Shown here: positions 40,792-53,015 of the stretch, piece by piece
Numbering within the stretch: the first letter of the stretch is position 1
Layout: every line of letters begins with the position of its first letter
Source: Rhodobacterales bacterium
Lineage (GTDB): Bacteria; Pseudomonadota; Alphaproteobacteria; Rhodobacterales; Rhodobacteraceae
DNA length: 64,000 nucleotides
Direction of reading: 5' to 3'
Assembly: GCA_025362795.1 (NCBI GenBank)
Contig: JANYFE010000036.1
Location: 56 to 64,055, forward strand
Made by a program: the position numbers and the translations under genes
The notes under the pieces: model-generated
The model's database searches: none
Seen by the model: only the letters and a program-made list of their open reading frames with translations
What the model was told of the DNA's origin: nothing

Positions 40792-40807
40792 TTAAGGCAG
40801 GCTTAAC
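40792..40807 (+). promoter_or_regulatory. CtrA full binding site upstream of cckA
   Basis: TTAA-GGCAGGC-TTAAC is an exact TTAA-N7-TTAAC, 50 nt before the cckA start; GANTC at 40825 and 40836. Confidence 0.85.
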
Positions 40808-40856
40808 GATTTCACGGCGGTATGGAGTCTGCGACGAATCCACCAAGGGGAATGCC

Positions 40857-43145
40857 GTGACCGGATCAGTGGCGGGGCCAAAGGCGACACGGCAGGGCAT
40901 GACATTCCTGTGGCTGCTTGCGGCTGCCATTGGCTGCGTTGTGGTCATGGCGGCGGCCGGGCAACCTATGACGCGGCTCGCAGCTGGGATTGCAGGTCTG
41001 ACCTTTGTGTTTCTGATACTCGGGCTGCGCATTCTGGCCTTTGTGACCCGACAGGCGGAGCAGCGGCGCCAAGCCTATCTGGTGACACTCGTGGGACAGG
41101 ATGCGACACCTTGCTACATGACAGACCAAATGGGGCAGATCCTGTTCCAAAACGAAAGTGCTGTCGCGCGGTTCAATGCGGGGCCCCGTGACACGCTGAT
41201 TGGCACGCTGAGCCAGCAATTTGCTTCACCCGCTGCCGTACTTTTTCGGCTGCAAAACCGCGCGGCCCATGCCGGGGCCGGGCGCGAGGATGTGGTGACA
41301 CGGCGCGGTCACACTCGGCTGTCGGTTCACCGGGTAGCAGAGGAGCGGTTTCTATGGCGGCTGGAAGAATTTCAGGATCGCACTGGCAATAGCCGGGGGG
41401 CAGAGGGGCTTAGCTTGCCGATGCTGACGGCAAACAAGGCAGGGGTTGTGCTGTTCTCGAACGAGGCGATGCGGCGCTTGTTGGGGGGGCGACCCAAACG
41501 GCTGGACCGGATTTTCACCAGCCCGGTGCTGCATTCCGGCGAAGAGGTCGAGGTGTCGTCGGCTGATGGTCCGGTCCGCGCTGTTTTGGCCGAAATTGAA
41601 GGCGCAGCGGAGCGACGCGAAATCTACCTGCTGCCAGTGGCATCCGGTCAGACCAATGCCAACGCACTGGCTGACTTCGAACAGGTGCCGGTGCCCTTGG
41701 CCAAATTCTCGCCCGGCGGCGCTCTGACTCTGGCCAATGCCGCGGCTCGCGGGTTGCTGAACTTGACGCAGGATCAGTCAGAAATGTTCCATGCTATGTT
41801 CGAAGGTCTGGGCCGACCGGTGGCAGATTGGCTTGACGACATCGCCTCGGAACGCTGTCCCAGCCGGTCAGAGGTGTTGCGCGCCAGGATGGTGGACGGC
41901 GAAGTTTTCTTGCAAGTGACTCTGCGGCGTTTTGTCGAACAGGGCCGGCCTGGGGTGCTGGCGGTGTTGCAAGATGCCACAGCGCTGAAAACACTGGAGG
42001 CGCAGTTCGCGCAAAGTCAAAAGATGCAGGCAATAGGCCAACTCGCCGGCGGGATCGCGCATGATTTCAACAACTTGCTCACCGCGATTTCTGGTCATTG
42101 CGATTTGCTGTTGTTGCGCCACGACCGCGAGGATCCCGAGTATGCCGATTTGGTGCAAATCCACCAGAATACCAACCGGGCCGCCTCGCTGGTCGGGCAA
42201 CTCCTTGCCTTCTCTCGCAAGCAAACGCTGAAACCAGAACTTCTGGATGTGCAGGACGTCTTGTCCGACCTGACCCATCTGCTGAACCGGCTGGTGGGAG
42301 AGAGGGTTCAACTGCGCCTGACACATGCGGCGGCATTGGGGGCGATCCGTGCTGACAAGCGGCAGCTAGAACAAGTGCTCATGAACCTTGTCGTCAACGC
42401 CCGCGATGCAATGCAGGAGGGCGGCACGATTCGGATCGAGACAGAGGCGCTAAGCCTGCCTGAGCCGTTGCACCGTGACCGTGCCACCGTCCCAGCGGGC
42501 GACTATGCCCTGATCCGGGTGTGTGACACTGGCACGGGCATTCCGATAGACCGACTGCAAAAGATTTTCGAGCCGTTTTTCACCACCAAAAAACTGGGAG
42601 AGGGAACCGGCCTCGGCCTGTCGACCGCCTATGGCATCGTCAAGCAATCGGGCGGGTTTATCTTTGTCGATTCTGTGCTTGGCGAGGGTTCAGTATTCTC
42701 GGTCTATTTCCCCTTGCATGACGGTAGCGGCGAGGGAGACGAACCGGCGGTGCCGGCACGAAAGGTGGTTCTGAAACAGGGCCAGGGCGTGGTGCTGCTG
42801 GTTGAGGACGAGGCGCCGGTGCGCACCTTTGCTAGCCGTGCCTTACGCCTGCGCGGCTATACTGTTGTGGAGGCCGAAAGCGCAGAGGAGGCCCTGAAAG
42901 TGTTGGAGGACCCCAACCTGACCGTGGATGTATTTGTGACGGATGTGGTGATGCCGGGGATGGACGGGCCCAGTTGGGTCAAGAAGGCGCTGGAGGATCG
43001 CCCCAATGTCCGAGTGATCTTTGTGTCAGGTTATGCCGAAGAGTCGCTGTCCGAAACTCAGGCGCGAATCCCGAATTCGGTGTTTCTGCCAAAACCGTTT
43101 TCACTCAACGACCTGACTGAGACGGTGCAGGGGCAACTGCATTGA
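40857..43145 (+). CDS. cckA: Hybrid histidine kinase CckA
   Basis: Two N-terminal TM helices, PAS-like region, [21 protein letters not shown]-terminal receiver (TDVVMPG); upstream of recA. Confidence 0.93.
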   Translation: MTGSVAGPKATRQGMTFLWLLAAAIGCVVVMAAAGQPMTRLAAGIAGLTFVFLILGLRILAFVTRQAEQRRQAYLVTLVGQDATPCYMTDQMGQILFQNESAVARFNAGPRDTLIGTLSQQFASPAAVLFRLQNRAAHAGAGREDVVTRRGHTRLSVHRVAEERFLWRLEEFQDRTGNSRGAEGLSLPMLTANKAGVVLFSNEAMRRLLGGRPKRLDRIFTSPVLHSGEEVEVSSADGPVRAVLAEIEGAAERREIYLLPVASGQTNANALADFEQVPVPLAKFSPGGALTLANAAARGLLNLTQDQSEMFHAMFEGLGRPVADWLDDIASERCPSRSEVLRARMVDGEVFLQVTLRRFVEQGRPGVLAVLQDATALKTLEAQFAQSQKMQAIGQLAGGIAHDFNNLLTAISGHCDLLLLRHDREDPEYADLVQIHQNTNRAASLVGQLLAFSRKQTLKPELLDVQDVLSDLTHLLNRLVGERVQLRLTHAAALGAIRADKRQLEQVLMNLVVNARDAMQEGGTIRIETEALSLPEPLHRDRATVPAGDYALIRVCDTGTGIPIDRLQKIFEPFFTTKKLGEGTGLGLSTAYGIVKQSGGFIFVDSVLGEGSVFSVYFPLHDGSGEGDEPAVPARKVVLKQGQGVVLLVEDEAPVRTFASRALRLRGYTVVEAESAEEALKVLEDPNLTVDVFVTDVVMPGMDGPSWVKKALEDRPNVRVIFVSGYAEESLSETQARIPNSVFLPKPFSLNDLTETVQGQLH

Positions 43146-43245
43146 CGGCTTCCTCTCGATCATTCTGCTTGGCCGGGCCGGCTTTTTCGACCGTTGCAGC
43201 GCAGAATGACGAAAATGCGCCGAATCCTGCGCCAACCCATTCGGG

Positions 43246-43260
43246 CTAATCATTCCTTAA
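43246..43260 (-). promoter_or_regulatory. Near-consensus CtrA site upstream of recA
   Basis: Minus strand TTAA-GGAATGA-TTAG(C), one mismatch to TTAA-N7-TTAAC; GAATC at 43222. Confidence 0.55.
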
Positions 43261-43329
43261 TGTTTCTGGGAAAAAACTAGGCTCAGAAGAATTCGATTGA
43301 AATACTCTTGGTTTGCCCTCAATAGTGAG

Positions 43330-43344
43330 AAACAAAGCAAGAAC
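43330..43344 (+). promoter_or_regulatory. Alphaproteobacterial LexA (SOS) box
   Basis: AAAC-AAAGCAA-GAAC versus consensus GAAC-N7-GAAC, 50 nt before the recA start. Confidence 0.65.
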
Positions 43345-43394
43345 ATTTGCGGTGATTGCCGCGGATACCAGGCTGTGAAATAAGGGGATAGACG

Positions 43395-44480
43395 ATGGCA
43401 GTTGCAAACCTATTCGAGTTGGACGGCAAGCGCAGTATGGACAAGAAAGACGCGGACAAAGTTAAGGCGCTGGAATCAGCTCTGGCCCAGATCGAACGCC
43501 AGTTCGGCAAAGGCTCGATCATGAAGCTCGGCCAAGACAATGCGGTGATGGATGTCGAGGCGACTTCGACCGGCTCACTAGGGTTGGACATCGCACTTGG
43601 CATCGGTGGCCTGCCGAAGGGCCGGATCGTCGAAATTTACGGTCCGGAAAGCTCTGGCAAGACCACGTTGACGCTGCACGTGATTGCCGAGGATCAGAAG
43701 GCCGGCGGTGTCTGCGCGTTTGTTGATGCCGAACATGCGCTTGACCCGCAATATGCAAAAAAGCTTGGCGTGAACCTGGATGAGTTGCTGATCAGCCAGC
43801 CCGACACCGGCGAACAGGCACTGGAGATTGTCGATACGCTCGTCCGTTCCGGCGCCGTCAGCCTGATCGTCGTCGATTCGGTTGCCGCCTTGACTCCTAA
43901 GGCCGAAATTGAAGGCGACATGGGTGACATGCAGATGGGCAGCCAGGCGCGGTTGATGAGCCAGGCGATGCGCAAACTGACCGCCTCGATCGGTCGCAGC
44001 AATTGCATGGTGATCTTCATCAACCAGATCCGGATGAAAATCGGGGTGATGTTTGGCAGCCCGGAAACCACCTCCGGTGGCAATGCCCTGAAATTCTACG
44101 CCTCTGTTCGGCTGGACATCCGCCGCATCGGCTCGATCAAAGACCGCGACACGGTTGTCGGCAATTCCACGCGCGTGAAAGTGGTGAAAAACAAGGTATC
44201 GCCGCCGTTCAAGGAGGTCGAATTCGACATCATGTATGGTGAAGGGATTTCCAAGACCGGCGAGATCGTCGATCTGGGCGTCAAGGTTGGCGTGGTCGAG
44301 AAATCCGGCAGTTGGTATTCTTATGGCGATGAGCGCATTGGACAGGGTCGCGAAAACGCCAAACTGTTTCTTAAAAGCAATCCCGCCATAGCCAAGGAAA
44401 TCGAAGACAAAATCCGCTCCGCCAATGGCCTGGATTTTTCCATGAGCGGCGACGCGCGCGAGGCCGTTCTGGACGAATAG
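43395..44480 (+). CDS. recA: Recombinase A
   Basis: [37 protein letters not shown]. Confidence 0.99.
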   Translation: MAVANLFELDGKRSMDKKDADKVKALESALAQIERQFGKGSIMKLGQDNAVMDVEATSTGSLGLDIALGIGGLPKGRIVEIYGPESSGKTTLTLHVIAEDQKAGGVCAFVDAEHALDPQYAKKLGVNLDELLISQPDTGEQALEIVDTLVRSGAVSLIVVDSVAALTPKAEIEGDMGDMQMGSQARLMSQAMRKLTASIGRSNCMVIFINQIRMKIGVMFGSPETTSGGNALKFYASVRLDIRRIGSIKDRDTVVGNSTRVKVVKNKVSPPFKEVEFDIMYGEGISKTGEIVDLGVKVGVVEKSGSWYSYGDERIGQGRENAKLFLKSNPAIAKEIEDKIRSANGLDFSMSGDAREAVLDE

Positions 44481-44504
44481 GACTGGCGCAGGAACGAAGA
44501 GGCG

Positions 44505-44533
44505 GGCCGCCGGTTTTCCGGCGGCCTTTTTTT
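44505..44533 (+). terminator. Rho-independent terminator after recA
   Basis: GGCCGCCGG-TTTT-CCGGCGGCC followed by 7 T. Confidence 0.92.
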
Positions 44534-44612
44534 ATGGGCCAATGGACAGGCCGGGTCAGGAAAGCTAAACGGAGAGCGCAACTGACCCTGACCCCGCGAA
44601 GGACCGTCCGAA

Positions 44613-47267
44613 ATGCCCTCGTTGAACGACATCCGCTCGACTTTTCTAGATTATTTCGCCGGGCAAGGGCACAAGGTGGTCGATAGCTCACCCCTGGTGC
44701 CGCGCAACGATCCGACGCTGATGTTCGCAAACTCTGGTATGGTTCAATTCAAAAACTGTTTCACCGGGCTGGAGACGCGCGATTACAGACGCGCAACGAC
44801 GGCGCAGAAATGCGTGCGGGCGGGCGGCAAGCACAATGACCTTGATAACGTTGGCTACACCGCGCGCCATCACACGTTTTTCGAGATGCTCGGGAATTTC
44901 AGCTTTGGCGACTATTTCAAGGCCGAAGCGATTGCCTTTTCCTGGGAGCTGCTGACCCGTGAATTCGGGATCGACGGCGACAAGTTATGCGTCACCGTGT
45001 ATCACACCGATGACGAGGCGGCGACACTTTGGAAAAAGGTCGCGGGTCTGCCCGAGCATCGCATCATCCGCATTCCAACGGACGACAACTTCTGGCGGAT
45101 GGGCCCAACCGGACCGTGCGGGCCTTGCACTGAAATCTTCTATGATCACGGCGACCATATCTGGGGCGGTCCGCCCGGCACGCCCGAAGAGGGCGGCGAT
45201 CGCTTCATCGAAATCTGGAACAACGTGTTCATGCAAAATGAGCAACTCGCGGATGGCTCGATGCGGCCCCTCGAGATGCAGTCGATCGACACGGGCATGG
45301 GGCTGGAGCGGATTGGCGCATTGTTGCAAGGCAAGCACGACAATTATGACACTGATCTGATGCGCAGCCTGATCGAAGCATCGGCCCATGCCACAAGTTC
45401 GGATCCCGACGGCCCGGGTAAAATCCATCACCGGGTTATTGCCGACCACTTGCGAGCGGCGTCTTTCCTCATCGCCGATGGCGTGATGCCGTCAAACGAG
45501 GGGCGCGGCTATGTGCTGCGGCGGATTATGCGGCGGGCAATGCGGCACGCGCACATGCTGGGGGTGCAGGATCCGGTGATGTTCAAACTGGTGCCCGCAC
45601 TGGTACGGCAGATGGGTGTGGCTTATCCGGAACTGGGCCGGGCGCAATCGCTCATCGAAGAGACTCTGCAGCTGGAGGAAACCCGGTTCCGCACCACACT
45701 GGATCGGGGGCTCAAACTACTGGACGACGAGTTGTCGCATCTGCCGGAGGGGGCTGATCTGCCGGGGCCCGCGGCGTTCAAGCTGTACGACACCTATGGC
45801 TTTCCACTCGACCTGACCCAGGATGCCTTGCGCGAGAAGGGCCGTGCGGTGGATGTCGCGGGCTTTGACACTGCAATGGACGATCAGCGCCGCAAGGCGC
45901 GTGCAGCTTGGGTCGGTACCGGCGAGGCAAAAGATGCCACGATCTGGTTTGAACTGGCTGAGAGGCTTGGGCCAACCGAGTTTCTGGGCTATGACACCGA
46001 AACTGCTGAGGGGCAGATCAACGCTTTGGTGCGGGACGGAGTGGCAATCGGCTTTGCAGAAGCGAGTGCTGCGGTGCAGATCGTGGTGAATCAGTCGCCG
46101 TTCTATGCCGAAAGCGGTGGCCAGGTTGGTGATAGTGGTTTTATCCGCACCGAAACGGGTCTGGCCGAAGTGACCGATACCAAGAAATCAGCGGGCGTGT
46201 TTATCCATGTTGCCAAGGTCAAGGAGGGCAGGATCGAGAAGGGTCAGTCCGCAAAGCTGGAGGTCGATCACCGTCGGCGGGGCGCGGTTCAAGCCAACCA
46301 TTCAGCCACCCATTTGCTGAACGAAGCCTTGCGCCGCACCTTGGGCAACCATGTTGTGCAACGCGGTAGTTTGAACGCGACAGACCGACTGCGTTTTGAC
46401 TTTACTCATTCCCACGCCATGACCTCCGCCGAACTTGCGGCGGTTGAGGCAGAGGTGAATGGCTATATCCGGCAGAACTCTGTCGTAGCGACGCGGGTAA
46501 TGACGCCGAACGATGCGCGCGGGTTGGGAGCGCAGGCGCTGTTTGGCGAGAAATATGGCGATGAGGTGCGGGTTGTCTCAATGGGCGCACTCGACGGTTC
46601 GGGAAAAGGCAACGATGGCCGAACCTACTCGCTGGAGTTGTGCGGCGGTACCCATGTTGGGCGGTTGGGTCAGATTGGCGCGTTTCTAATCCTTTCGGAA
46701 AGTGCTTCGGCGTCGGGCATCCGGCGGATTGAGGCGATCACCGGTGAAGAGGTTTTGCGCGATGTGCGCGAGAATTACGACTACCTGGACGCCGCGAGCA
46801 CGGCCCTTGGCGCGGTTCCTGCAGAACTTGCCTCGCGAATCAAGTTGATGATGGCCGAACGGCGGGCATTGCAAAATGAGGTAGCGCAGCTGCGGCGCGA
46901 ACTGGCGATGGGTGGCAAAACGGGCGGCCCGGGCGTGAGAGAAGTGGGCGGTGTGCGGCTGATTGCGCAGGTTTTAACCGGCGTGTCAGGCAAGGATTTG
47001 CCCATGTTGATAGACGAGCTGAAGGCCAAGATCGGATCAGGTGCAGTCGTCCTGATTGCCGACACTGGCGGCAAGCCAGCGGTCGCGGCGGGGGTTACGG
47101 CCGATATGACGGGGCGCATTTCGGCTGTCACGCTGGTTAAGGCAGCGGCAGAGGCCTTGGGTGGCAAGGGCGGCGGCGGAAGGCCGGATATGGCACAGGC
47201 CGGGGGGGCCGATATTGCGTTGGCCGATGCGGCGTTGAAAGCGGTTGAAGCCGTGCTGGAGGCATAG
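44613..47267 (+). CDS. alaS: Alanine--tRNA ligase
   Basis: [46 protein letters not shown]. Confidence 0.99.
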   Translation: MPSLNDIRSTFLDYFAGQGHKVVDSSPLVPRNDPTLMFANSGMVQFKNCFTGLETRDYRRATTAQKCVRAGGKHNDLDNVGYTARHHTFFEMLGNFSFGDYFKAEAIAFSWELLTREFGIDGDKLCVTVYHTDDEAATLWKKVAGLPEHRIIRIPTDDNFWRMGPTGPCGPCTEIFYDHGDHIWGGPPGTPEEGGDRFIEIWNNVFMQNEQLADGSMRPLEMQSIDTGMGLERIGALLQGKHDNYDTDLMRSLIEASAHATSSDPDGPGKIHHRVIADHLRAASFLIADGVMPSNEGRGYVLRRIMRRAMRHAHMLGVQDPVMFKLVPALVRQMGVAYPELGRAQSLIEETLQLEETRFRTTLDRGLKLLDDELSHLPEGADLPGPAAFKLYDTYGFPLDLTQDALREKGRAVDVAGFDTAMDDQRRKARAAWVGTGEAKDATIWFELAERLGPTEFLGYDTETAEGQINALVRDGVAIGFAEASAAVQIVVNQSPFYAESGGQVGDSGFIRTETGLAEVTDTKKSAGVFIHVAKVKEGRIEKGQSAKLEVDHRRRGAVQANHSATHLLNEALRRTLGNHVVQRGSLNATDRLRFDFTHSHAMTSAELAAVEAEVNGYIRQNSVVATRVMTPNDARGLGAQALFGEKYGDEVRVVSMGALDGSGKGNDGRTYSLELCGGTHVGRLGQIGAFLILSESASASGIRRIEAITGEEVLRDVRENYDYLDAASTALGAVPAELASRIKLMMAERRALQNEVAQLRRELAMGGKTGGPGVREVGGVRLIAQVLTGVSGKDLPMLIDELKAKIGSGAVVLIADTGGKPAVAAGVTADMTGRISAVTLVKAAAEALGGKGGGGRPDMAQAGGADIALADAALKAVEAVLEA

Positions 47268-47558
47268 ATGCCTTCGGCTTTGTGGATTGCGCATGTCACG
47301 GTGACGGATGTCGAAGCCTACGGCAAATATGCCCTATTGGCAGGTCCGGCGATTGCAGCGCACGGCGGCAAGTTTCTCGCACGCGGCGGGCGCTATGTGC
47401 AGCTGGAAGGGAAAGACCGCTCTCGCAATGTGGTGGCTCGGTTCCCCAGTCTTGAGCGTGCAGTGGAGTGCTATCACTCTGCTGCATATCAGGCGGCACT
47501 TGCCCATGCTGAAGGGGCATGCGAGCGTGACTTGATGGTGGTGGAAGAAGCGGAATAG
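47268..47558 (+). CDS. DUF1330 family protein
   Basis: AHGGKFLARGG, VVARFPS, ECYHSAAYQ pattern. Confidence 0.88.
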   Translation: MPSALWIAHVTVTDVEAYGKYALLAGPAIAAHGGKFLARGGRYVQLEGKDRSRNVVARFPSLERAVECYHSAAYQAALAHAEGACERDLMVVEEAE

Positions 47559-47583
47559 AGACTGATGGTGCCCGAGAAATGCA

Positions 47584-47607
47584 AAAACCCGCCTTTCGGC
47601 GGGTTTT
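47584..47607. terminator. Bidirectional terminator between the DUF1330 gene and typA
   Basis: AAAACCCGCC-TTTC-GGCGGGTTTT. Confidence 0.88.
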
Positions 47608-47628
47608 CCATTGGAGATGTCCCCGAGT

Positions 47629-49446
47629 TCAGCCCGCCCTTGATTGGCGTTTGCGGTCGTTCGGGTCGAGATAGCGTTTGCGCATGCGGATATTTTTCGG
47701 CGTAACTTCAACCAGCTCATCATCGTCGATATAGGCTATCGACTGTTCCAGCGACAGTTTGACCGGTGTGGTCAACCGCACGGCTTCATCCGTGCCGGAG
47801 GCGCGAACGTTGGTAAGCTGCTTACCCTTCAACGGGTTCACTTCCAGATCGTTGTCGCGGTTGTGTTCGCCGATGATCATACCGGTGTAGACCTGCTCTT
47901 GCACCCCGATGAAGAAGTGGCCTCGATCTTCCAGTTTCCACATCGCATAGGCGACCGAAATACCGCTTTCCATTGAGACGAGCACCCCCTGACGGCGGCC
48001 CTCGATTGCACCCTTAAACGGGGCCCAGTCATGGAACACGCGGTTCAGAACGCCGGTTCCGCGGGTGTCGGTCATAAACTGACCTTGATAGCCGATCAGG
48101 CCGCGCGACGGAACATGGGCGATGATGCGGGTCTTGCCGACGCCCGCCGGTTTCATCTCTACCAATTCGCCCTTACGGGGACCGGTCAGCTTTTCGATCA
48201 CCGGGCCGGTGTATTCGTCATCGACGTCAATGGTGACTTCTTCCATCGGCTCATGCTTGATGCCGTCGATATCTCGGAAGATCACGCGCGGGCGGCTGAT
48301 CGACAATTCAAAGCCTTCGCGCCGCATATTTTCGATCAGAACGCCCATCTGCAACTCGCCGCGGCCCGACACTTCGAACGCGTCGCCGCCGGGGGTATCG
48401 GCTACCTTAATGGCGACGTTGACTTCCTGTTCGCGCATCAGCCGTTCACGGATGACGCGGGATTGCACCTTGGTGCCATCCTTGCCTGCCAGTGGGCTAT
48501 CATTGATGCCGAAAGTCACGGTAATGGTCGGCGGGTCGATGGGTTGCGCGGGCAGCGGCACGTCGAGTTCCAGCGCACAGAGCGTGTCGGCGACGGTGGC
48601 CTTGGTCATGCCGGCGAGGGTGACGATATCACCGGCAATGGCCTCTTCTATCGCGGTCTGGTTCAGGCCGCGGAAGGCGAGCACTTTGGTGACGCGGAAC
48701 TGTTCCAGTTTCTCGCCGGTGCGGGTCAGCGCTTTCAGGGTCTCGCCGACACGCAGGGTGCCGGATTCGACACGGCCCGTCAGGATGCGCCCGATGAACG
48801 GGTCAGCGGATAGTGTGGTGGCCAGCATGCGGAATGGCTTGTCGGCATCTTTGACCTGCCGCGGCGCAGGCACATGGGCGATGACCATATCAAAAAGGGC
48901 GTCAAGGTTCTTGCGCGGCCCGTCCAGGCTGTTGTCGGCCCACCCATTGCGGCCAGAAGCGTAGATATGAGGGAAGTCGAGTTGTTCGTCGCTGGCACCG
49001 AGGTTGGCAAACAGATCGAACACTTCGTTCAGCGCACGGTCGGGTTCTGCGTCGGGCTTGTCGACTTTGTTCAGCACGACGATCGGGCGCAAGCCCAAAG
49101 CCAGAGCCTTGGCGGTCACGAATTTGGTCTGCGGCATTGGTCCTTCGGCGGCGTCGACCAGAAGGCAAACACCGTCCACCATGCTGAGGATACGTTCAAC
49201 TTCACCACCAAAGTCGGCGTGGCCGGGGGTGTCGACGATATTGATGCGCATGCCATTGTGTTCAACGCTGGTGCATTTCGCCAGAATTGTAATACCGCGT
49301 TCGCGTTCAATGTCATTGGAATCCATTGCCCGTTCAGACACAGCTTGATTGTCGCGGAACGAACCAGACTGCTTCAAAAGCTCGTCAACGAGGGTGGTCT
49401 TGCCATGGTCGACGTGGGCGATGATGGCGATGTTGCGAAGCTCCAT
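47629..49446 (-). CDS. typA: Translational GTPase TypA/BipA
   Basis: [37 protein letters not shown]. Confidence 0.98.
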   Translation of the reverse strand: MELRNIAIIAHVDHGKTTLVDELLKQSGSFRDNQAVSERAMDSNDIERERGITILAKCTSVEHNGMRINIVDTPGHADFGGEVERILSMVDGVCLLVDAAEGPMPQTKFVTAKALALGLRPIVVLNKVDKPDAEPDRALNEVFDLFANLGASDEQLDFPHIYASGRNGWADNSLDGPRKNLDALFDMVIAHVPAPRQVKDADKPFRMLATTLSADPFIGRILTGRVESGTLRVGETLKALTRTGEKLEQFRVTKVLAFRGLNQTAIEEAIAGDIVTLAGMTKATVADTLCALELDVPLPAQPIDPPTITVTFGINDSPLAGKDGTKVQSRVIRERLMREQEVNVAIKVADTPGGDAFEVSGRGELQMGVLIENMRREGFELSISRPRVIFRDIDGIKHEPMEEVTIDVDDEYTGPVIEKLTGPRKGELVEMKPAGVGKTRIIAHVPSRGLIGYQGQFMTDTRGTGVLNRVFHDWAPFKGAIEGRRQGVLVSMESGISVAYAMWKLEDRGHFFIGVQEQVYTGMIIGEHNRDNDLEVNPLKGKQLTNVRASGTDEAVRLTTPVKLSLEQSIAYIDDDELVEVTPKNIRMRKRYLDPNDRKRQSRAG

Positions 49447-49526
49447 CGGGAGGGGTCACTTTCAAGTTTCTGCGGTTGCGAGGGCCTTACCCGTTTTGCG
49501 CCCGGATAGCCAGAGGGTTGAACGCG

Positions 49527-49555
49527 AAAGGCCGGGAGTGCACCCCCGGCCTTTT
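49527..49555 (-). terminator. Hairpin terminator after icd
   Basis: AAAGGCCGGG-N8-CCCGGCCTTT. Confidence 0.75.
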
Positions 49556-49573
49556 CAGAGAGAGTTGGACGGG

Positions 49574-50788
49574 TCAGCCGGCCAGTGCTTTGTTCAGATA
49601 CTCATCGACCTTCTCCAGATATCCGATCGTTGTGAGCCACTTCTGATCCGGCCCGACCAAGAGCGCCAGATCCTTGGTCATCCAGCCATCCTCGACTGCA
49701 TCAACCGTGACGCGTTCCAGCGTGGTCGCGAAACGCATAAGGGCGTCATTGCTGTCCAGTTTCGCGCGGTGCTTCAACCCGCCGGTCCAAGCGTAGATTG
49801 AAGCGATGGAATTGGTCGAAGTCGCCTTGCCCTTTTGATGTTCGCGGAAGTGCCGCGTCACGGTGCCATGTGCTGCCTCAGCCTCAACGGTCAGGCCATC
49901 GGGAGTCATTAGGACGGAGGTCATCAGACCGAGCGAGCCGAACCCTTGGGCCACTGTGTCGGATTGCACGTCGCCGTCATAGTTCTTGCAGGCCCAGACA
50001 TAGCCGCCCGACCATTTCATCGCCGAGGCCACCATGTCGTCGATCAGGCGGTGTTCGTAGGTAATGCCCTTTTTCTTGAAAGCATCGGCAAATTCGGCGT
50101 CGAAAATCTGCTGGAACAGGTCTTTGAAGCGGCCATCATAGGCTTTCAGAATGGTGTTCTTGGTGGACAGATACACCGGCCAGCCGAGGTTCAGGCCATA
50201 GTTGAACGAGGCGCGGGCAAAGTCACTGATACTGTCATCAAGGTTGTACATGCCCATGAACACGCCTGAGGAGGGGGCTGTGTAGACGTCACGTTCAATC
50301 GTGGTGCCATCTTCGCCCACGAATTTCATTGTCAGCTTGCCCTTGCCGGGAAAACGGAAATCGGTGGCGCGGTATTGGTCGCCAAAGGCATGGCGGCCGA
50401 CCACAATGGGTTTGGTCCAGCCCGGCACCAGACGTGGCACGTTTTTGCAGATGATCGGCTGGCGGAAGATCACGCCGCCCAGAATGTTGCGGATCGTGCC
50501 GTTGGGAGACTTCCACATCTGTTTCAGGCCGAATTCCTCGACCCGTTGCTCATCAGGCGTGATCGTCGCACACTTGACTCCGACGCCGTACTTCTTGATC
50601 GCCTCGGCGCTGTCCACAGTGATCTGGTCGTTGGTCGCATCGCGGCTTTCGATGCTGAGGTCGTAGTATTTCAAATCTAGGTCCAGATAGGGCAGGATCA
50701 GTTTTTGCTTGATGAAATCCCAGATGATCCGGGTCATCTCGTCGCCATCAAGTTCGACGACGGGGTTGGCTACCTTGATCTTGGTCAT
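49574..50788 (-). CDS. icd: NADP-dependent isocitrate dehydrogenase
   Basis: [43 protein letters not shown]. Confidence 0.98.
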   Translation of the reverse strand: MTKIKVANPVVELDGDEMTRIIWDFIKQKLILPYLDLDLKYYDLSIESRDATNDQITVDSAEAIKKYGVGVKCATITPDEQRVEEFGLKQMWKSPNGTIRNILGGVIFRQPIICKNVPRLVPGWTKPIVVGRHAFGDQYRATDFRFPGKGKLTMKFVGEDGTTIERDVYTAPSSGVFMGMYNLDDSISDFARASFNYGLNLGWPVYLSTKNTILKAYDGRFKDLFQQIFDAEFADAFKKKGITYEHRLIDDMVASAMKWSGGYVWACKNYDGDVQSDTVAQGFGSLGLMTSVLMTPDGLTVEAEAAHGTVTRHFREHQKGKATSTNSIASIYAWTGGLKHRAKLDSNDALMRFATTLERVTVDAVEDGWMTKDLALLVGPDQKWLTTIGYLEKVDEYLNKALAG

Positions 50789-50891
50789 CTGCGGGCCTTT
50801 CGGATGTGGATTCTATCAATGCTGCATAGGCGAAAACCACCGGTATGGAAAGTGTATGCGATGGGATACCAGTGCGTGCAGAACGGCAAAA

Positions 50892-51476
50892 TTAGTCGAA
50901 AAAGGAACGGGTTTGATCACGGACCCAGTCCCAAAGCCCCGGCGCACCTTTGGCGATCTTAACGCCGACACGGGAGTCCAGCTGTTCTGCGGTGACGTTG
51001 TATTCCGTCCAAGTCCCGCCGCCTGACATTAGGTTAGCCATCACTGGCTGCACACGGTCCAGCGATTTGGCAAAAATTGCGTCGGGCGTTTGGGCCGCTT
51101 CGAATTCATCCCACAGCGCCCGCAGGTCACCGCGCAAGTCCGGTGGCAGCAAACCAAAGATGCGATTTGCGGCGAGGGACTCGGCGGCTTGGGTATCCGC
51201 GCTCGCATGGGCTTGACCACCTGACGAATGGATCGGCACGTCGCCCGCGTCGATTTCGACAAGGTCATGCAAGATCAACATGCGGATCACGCGATCGATA
51301 TTGACGCCGGGTGCGGATTGATCGGCCAACACCAAGGCATACAGCGCCAGATGCCAGGAATGCTCGCCAGAGTTTTCACGGCGGGAGCCGTCAACGAGCG
51401 TTGTGGCTCGTATAACGGACTTTAGTCGATCCGCCTCATTCAAGAAAGCGAACTGGGACTCGAGCCGCGCACTCAA
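50892..51476 (-). CDS. HD-domain phosphohydrolase (HDDC2/YfbR-like)
   Basis: ENSGEHSWH, LHDLVEIDAGD, AKSLDR. Confidence 0.92.
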   Translation of the reverse strand: MSARLESQFAFLNEADRLKSVIRATTLVDGSRRENSGEHSWHLALYALVLADQSAPGVNIDRVIRMLILHDLVEIDAGDVPIHSSGGQAHASADTQAAESLAANRIFGLLPPDLRGDLRALWDEFEAAQTPDAIFAKSLDRVQPVMANLMSGGGTWTEYNVTAEQLDSRVGVKIAKGAPGLWDWVRDQTRSFFD

Positions 51477-51736
51477 TGGCCAATATCCCCACTTCGGGGT
51501 GCGGTGGGGGCTGTCTTGCCTGCGCGCTTGGCCTTGATGGTATTTTCCAGATAGGCCCGGCCTTTGCGTTCTGCCAGCAGCGCCCGCATTGCGGTCATGA
51601 ACGCCTCTTGCGTGGTGGGCGACATGTCAAGCAAGACCTTAGATATGCGGTCATGCAGGTGTTCGTCCTGAAATTCGTCCATCGCCTTCATAGTGTCGAT
51701 GGCCAGCTTTTCGGTCAGATCCTGCAAAATGCCCAT
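51473..51736 (-). CDS. Hypothetical protein, 87 aa
   Basis: Abuts the upstream gene and overlaps the downstream one by 4 nt; helical, host-like codons. Confidence 0.8.
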   Translation of the reverse strand: MGILQDLTEKLAIDTMKAMDEFQDEHLHDRISKVLLDMSPTTQEAFMTAMRALLAERKGRAYLENTIKAKRAGKTAPTAPRSGDIGH

Positions 51737-52396
51737 TTAGCGCGTTACCTCTGTCAACCGGCGTTTCACATAGGTCGAAACGGTGTCGATCATCGGCTTC
51801 ATATGCGCCTCCTCGTCTTTGAAAAAGTGATCGGCGCCCTCGATCTGGGTATGGGTGATCGTGATACCCTTCTGCTCGTGCAGCTTGTTCACCAGATTGG
51901 TGGTGTCCTTGGGCGGGGCTACCTTGTCGGCCGTGCCGTTGATGATCAAACCGGACGCCGGGCATGGGGCGAGGAAGCTGAAGTCGTACAAGTTGGCGGG
52001 GGGTGAGACCGAAATGAAGCCGGTGATTTCCGGGCGGCGCATCAAAAGCTGCATGCCGATCCAGGCACCGAACGAAAACCCGGCGACCCAACAATGTTTC
52101 GCGTTCTGGTTCATGCTTTGCAGGTAGTCGAGTGCGCTCGCTGCATCGGACAACTCGCCGATCCCCATGTCATACTCGCCCTGACTGCGCCCAACGCCCC
52201 GAAAGTTGAAGCGCATGACGGTGAAGCCAAGGTTGTAGAACGCGTAATGCAGGTTGTAGACAACCTTGTTGTTCATCGTGCCGCCGTAGTTCGGATGCGG
52301 ATGCAGCACGATGGCGATGGGGGCGTCACGGTCCTTTTGTGGGTGGTAGCGGCCTTCAAGACGGCCTTCCGGGCCTGCAAAAATAACTTCGGGCAT
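51737..52396 (-). CDS. Alpha/beta hydrolase, divergent from iscR
   Basis: HPHPNYGGTMNNKV, FNFRGVGRSQG, GFSFG. Confidence 0.93.
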   Translation of the reverse strand: MPEVIFAGPEGRLEGRYHPQKDRDAPIAIVLHPHPNYGGTMNNKVVYNLHYAFYNLGFTVMRFNFRGVGRSQGEYDMGIGELSDAASALDYLQSMNQNAKHCWVAGFSFGAWIGMQLLMRRPEITGFISVSPPANLYDFSFLAPCPASGLIINGTADKVAPPKDTTNLVNKLHEQKGITITHTQIEGADHFFKDEEAHMKPMIDTVSTYVKRRLTEVTR

Positions 52397-52424
52397 GTTT
52401 CCTGCCTGCTCCCAAGAGCGATTG

Positions 52425-52453
52425 TTGACGAATTCGCTCGGATAACTTAGACC
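52425..52453 (+). promoter_or_regulatory. Sigma70-type promoter of iscR-suf, probably overlapping an IscR operator
   Basis: TTGACG-N17-TAGACC; the IscR site is inferred from typical autoregulation. Confidence 0.55.
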
Positions 52454-52538
52454 ATTCCAGGGCGGCGACTGCCACCTTTCCGGTTGGCTTTCAGGTAATG
52501 GCCGGGGCGCTTCACGTCAATGGGAATGGCTGGCCTAT

Positions 52539-53015
52539 ATGAAACTCTCGACCAAAGGGCGTTATGCTATGGTGGCGCTGGCCGATCTTGCGCTTGCAGA
52601 GGCTGTACCCGGGCATGGCGACGACCTCATGTCGTTGGCCGCGGTGGCCAAAAGGCAGGATATCTCGCTACCGTATCTAGAACAGTTGTTCGTGAAACTG
52701 CGCCGTGCCGGGTTGGTCGAGGCGGTGCGCGGGCCGGGCGGCGGCTACAGGTTGGCAAAAAGTCCGGATGCAATACGGATCAGCGAAGTGATGGAGGCAG
52801 TCGAGGAGACAGTTGACGCGATGCATACAGGGGCAGGGGCGTCGGGCGGCGTTTCCGGGTCGCGAGCTCAGAGCCTGACAAACCGGCTTTGGGAGGGACT
52901 TTCGGCACATGTCTATGTGTTCCTGCACCAGACCCGGTTGTCCGATGTGATCCGCAATGAGATGCAACCGTGTCCGGCAGTGCCGATGCTTTTTCGGGTG
53001 GTGGACGACGAATGA
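52539..53015 (+). CDS. iscR: Rrf2-family Fe-S regulator IscR (single-Cys Rhodobacter type)
   Basis: MKLSTKGRYAM, YLEQLF.KLRR, GPGGGY; only one Cys (PCP). Confidence 0.93.
   Translation: MKLSTKGRYAMVALADLALAEAVPGHGDDLMSLAAVAKRQDISLPYLEQLFVKLRRAGLVEAVRGPGGGYRLAKSPDAIRISEVMEAVEETVDAMHTGAGASGGVSGSRAQSLTNRLWEGLSAHVYVFLHQTRLSDVIRNEMQPCPAVPMLFRVVDDE

Noticed and set aside
52539-53015. IscR lacking the three-Cys cluster motif as a novelty
   Set aside because: The single-Cys IscR is the described Rhodobacter type.
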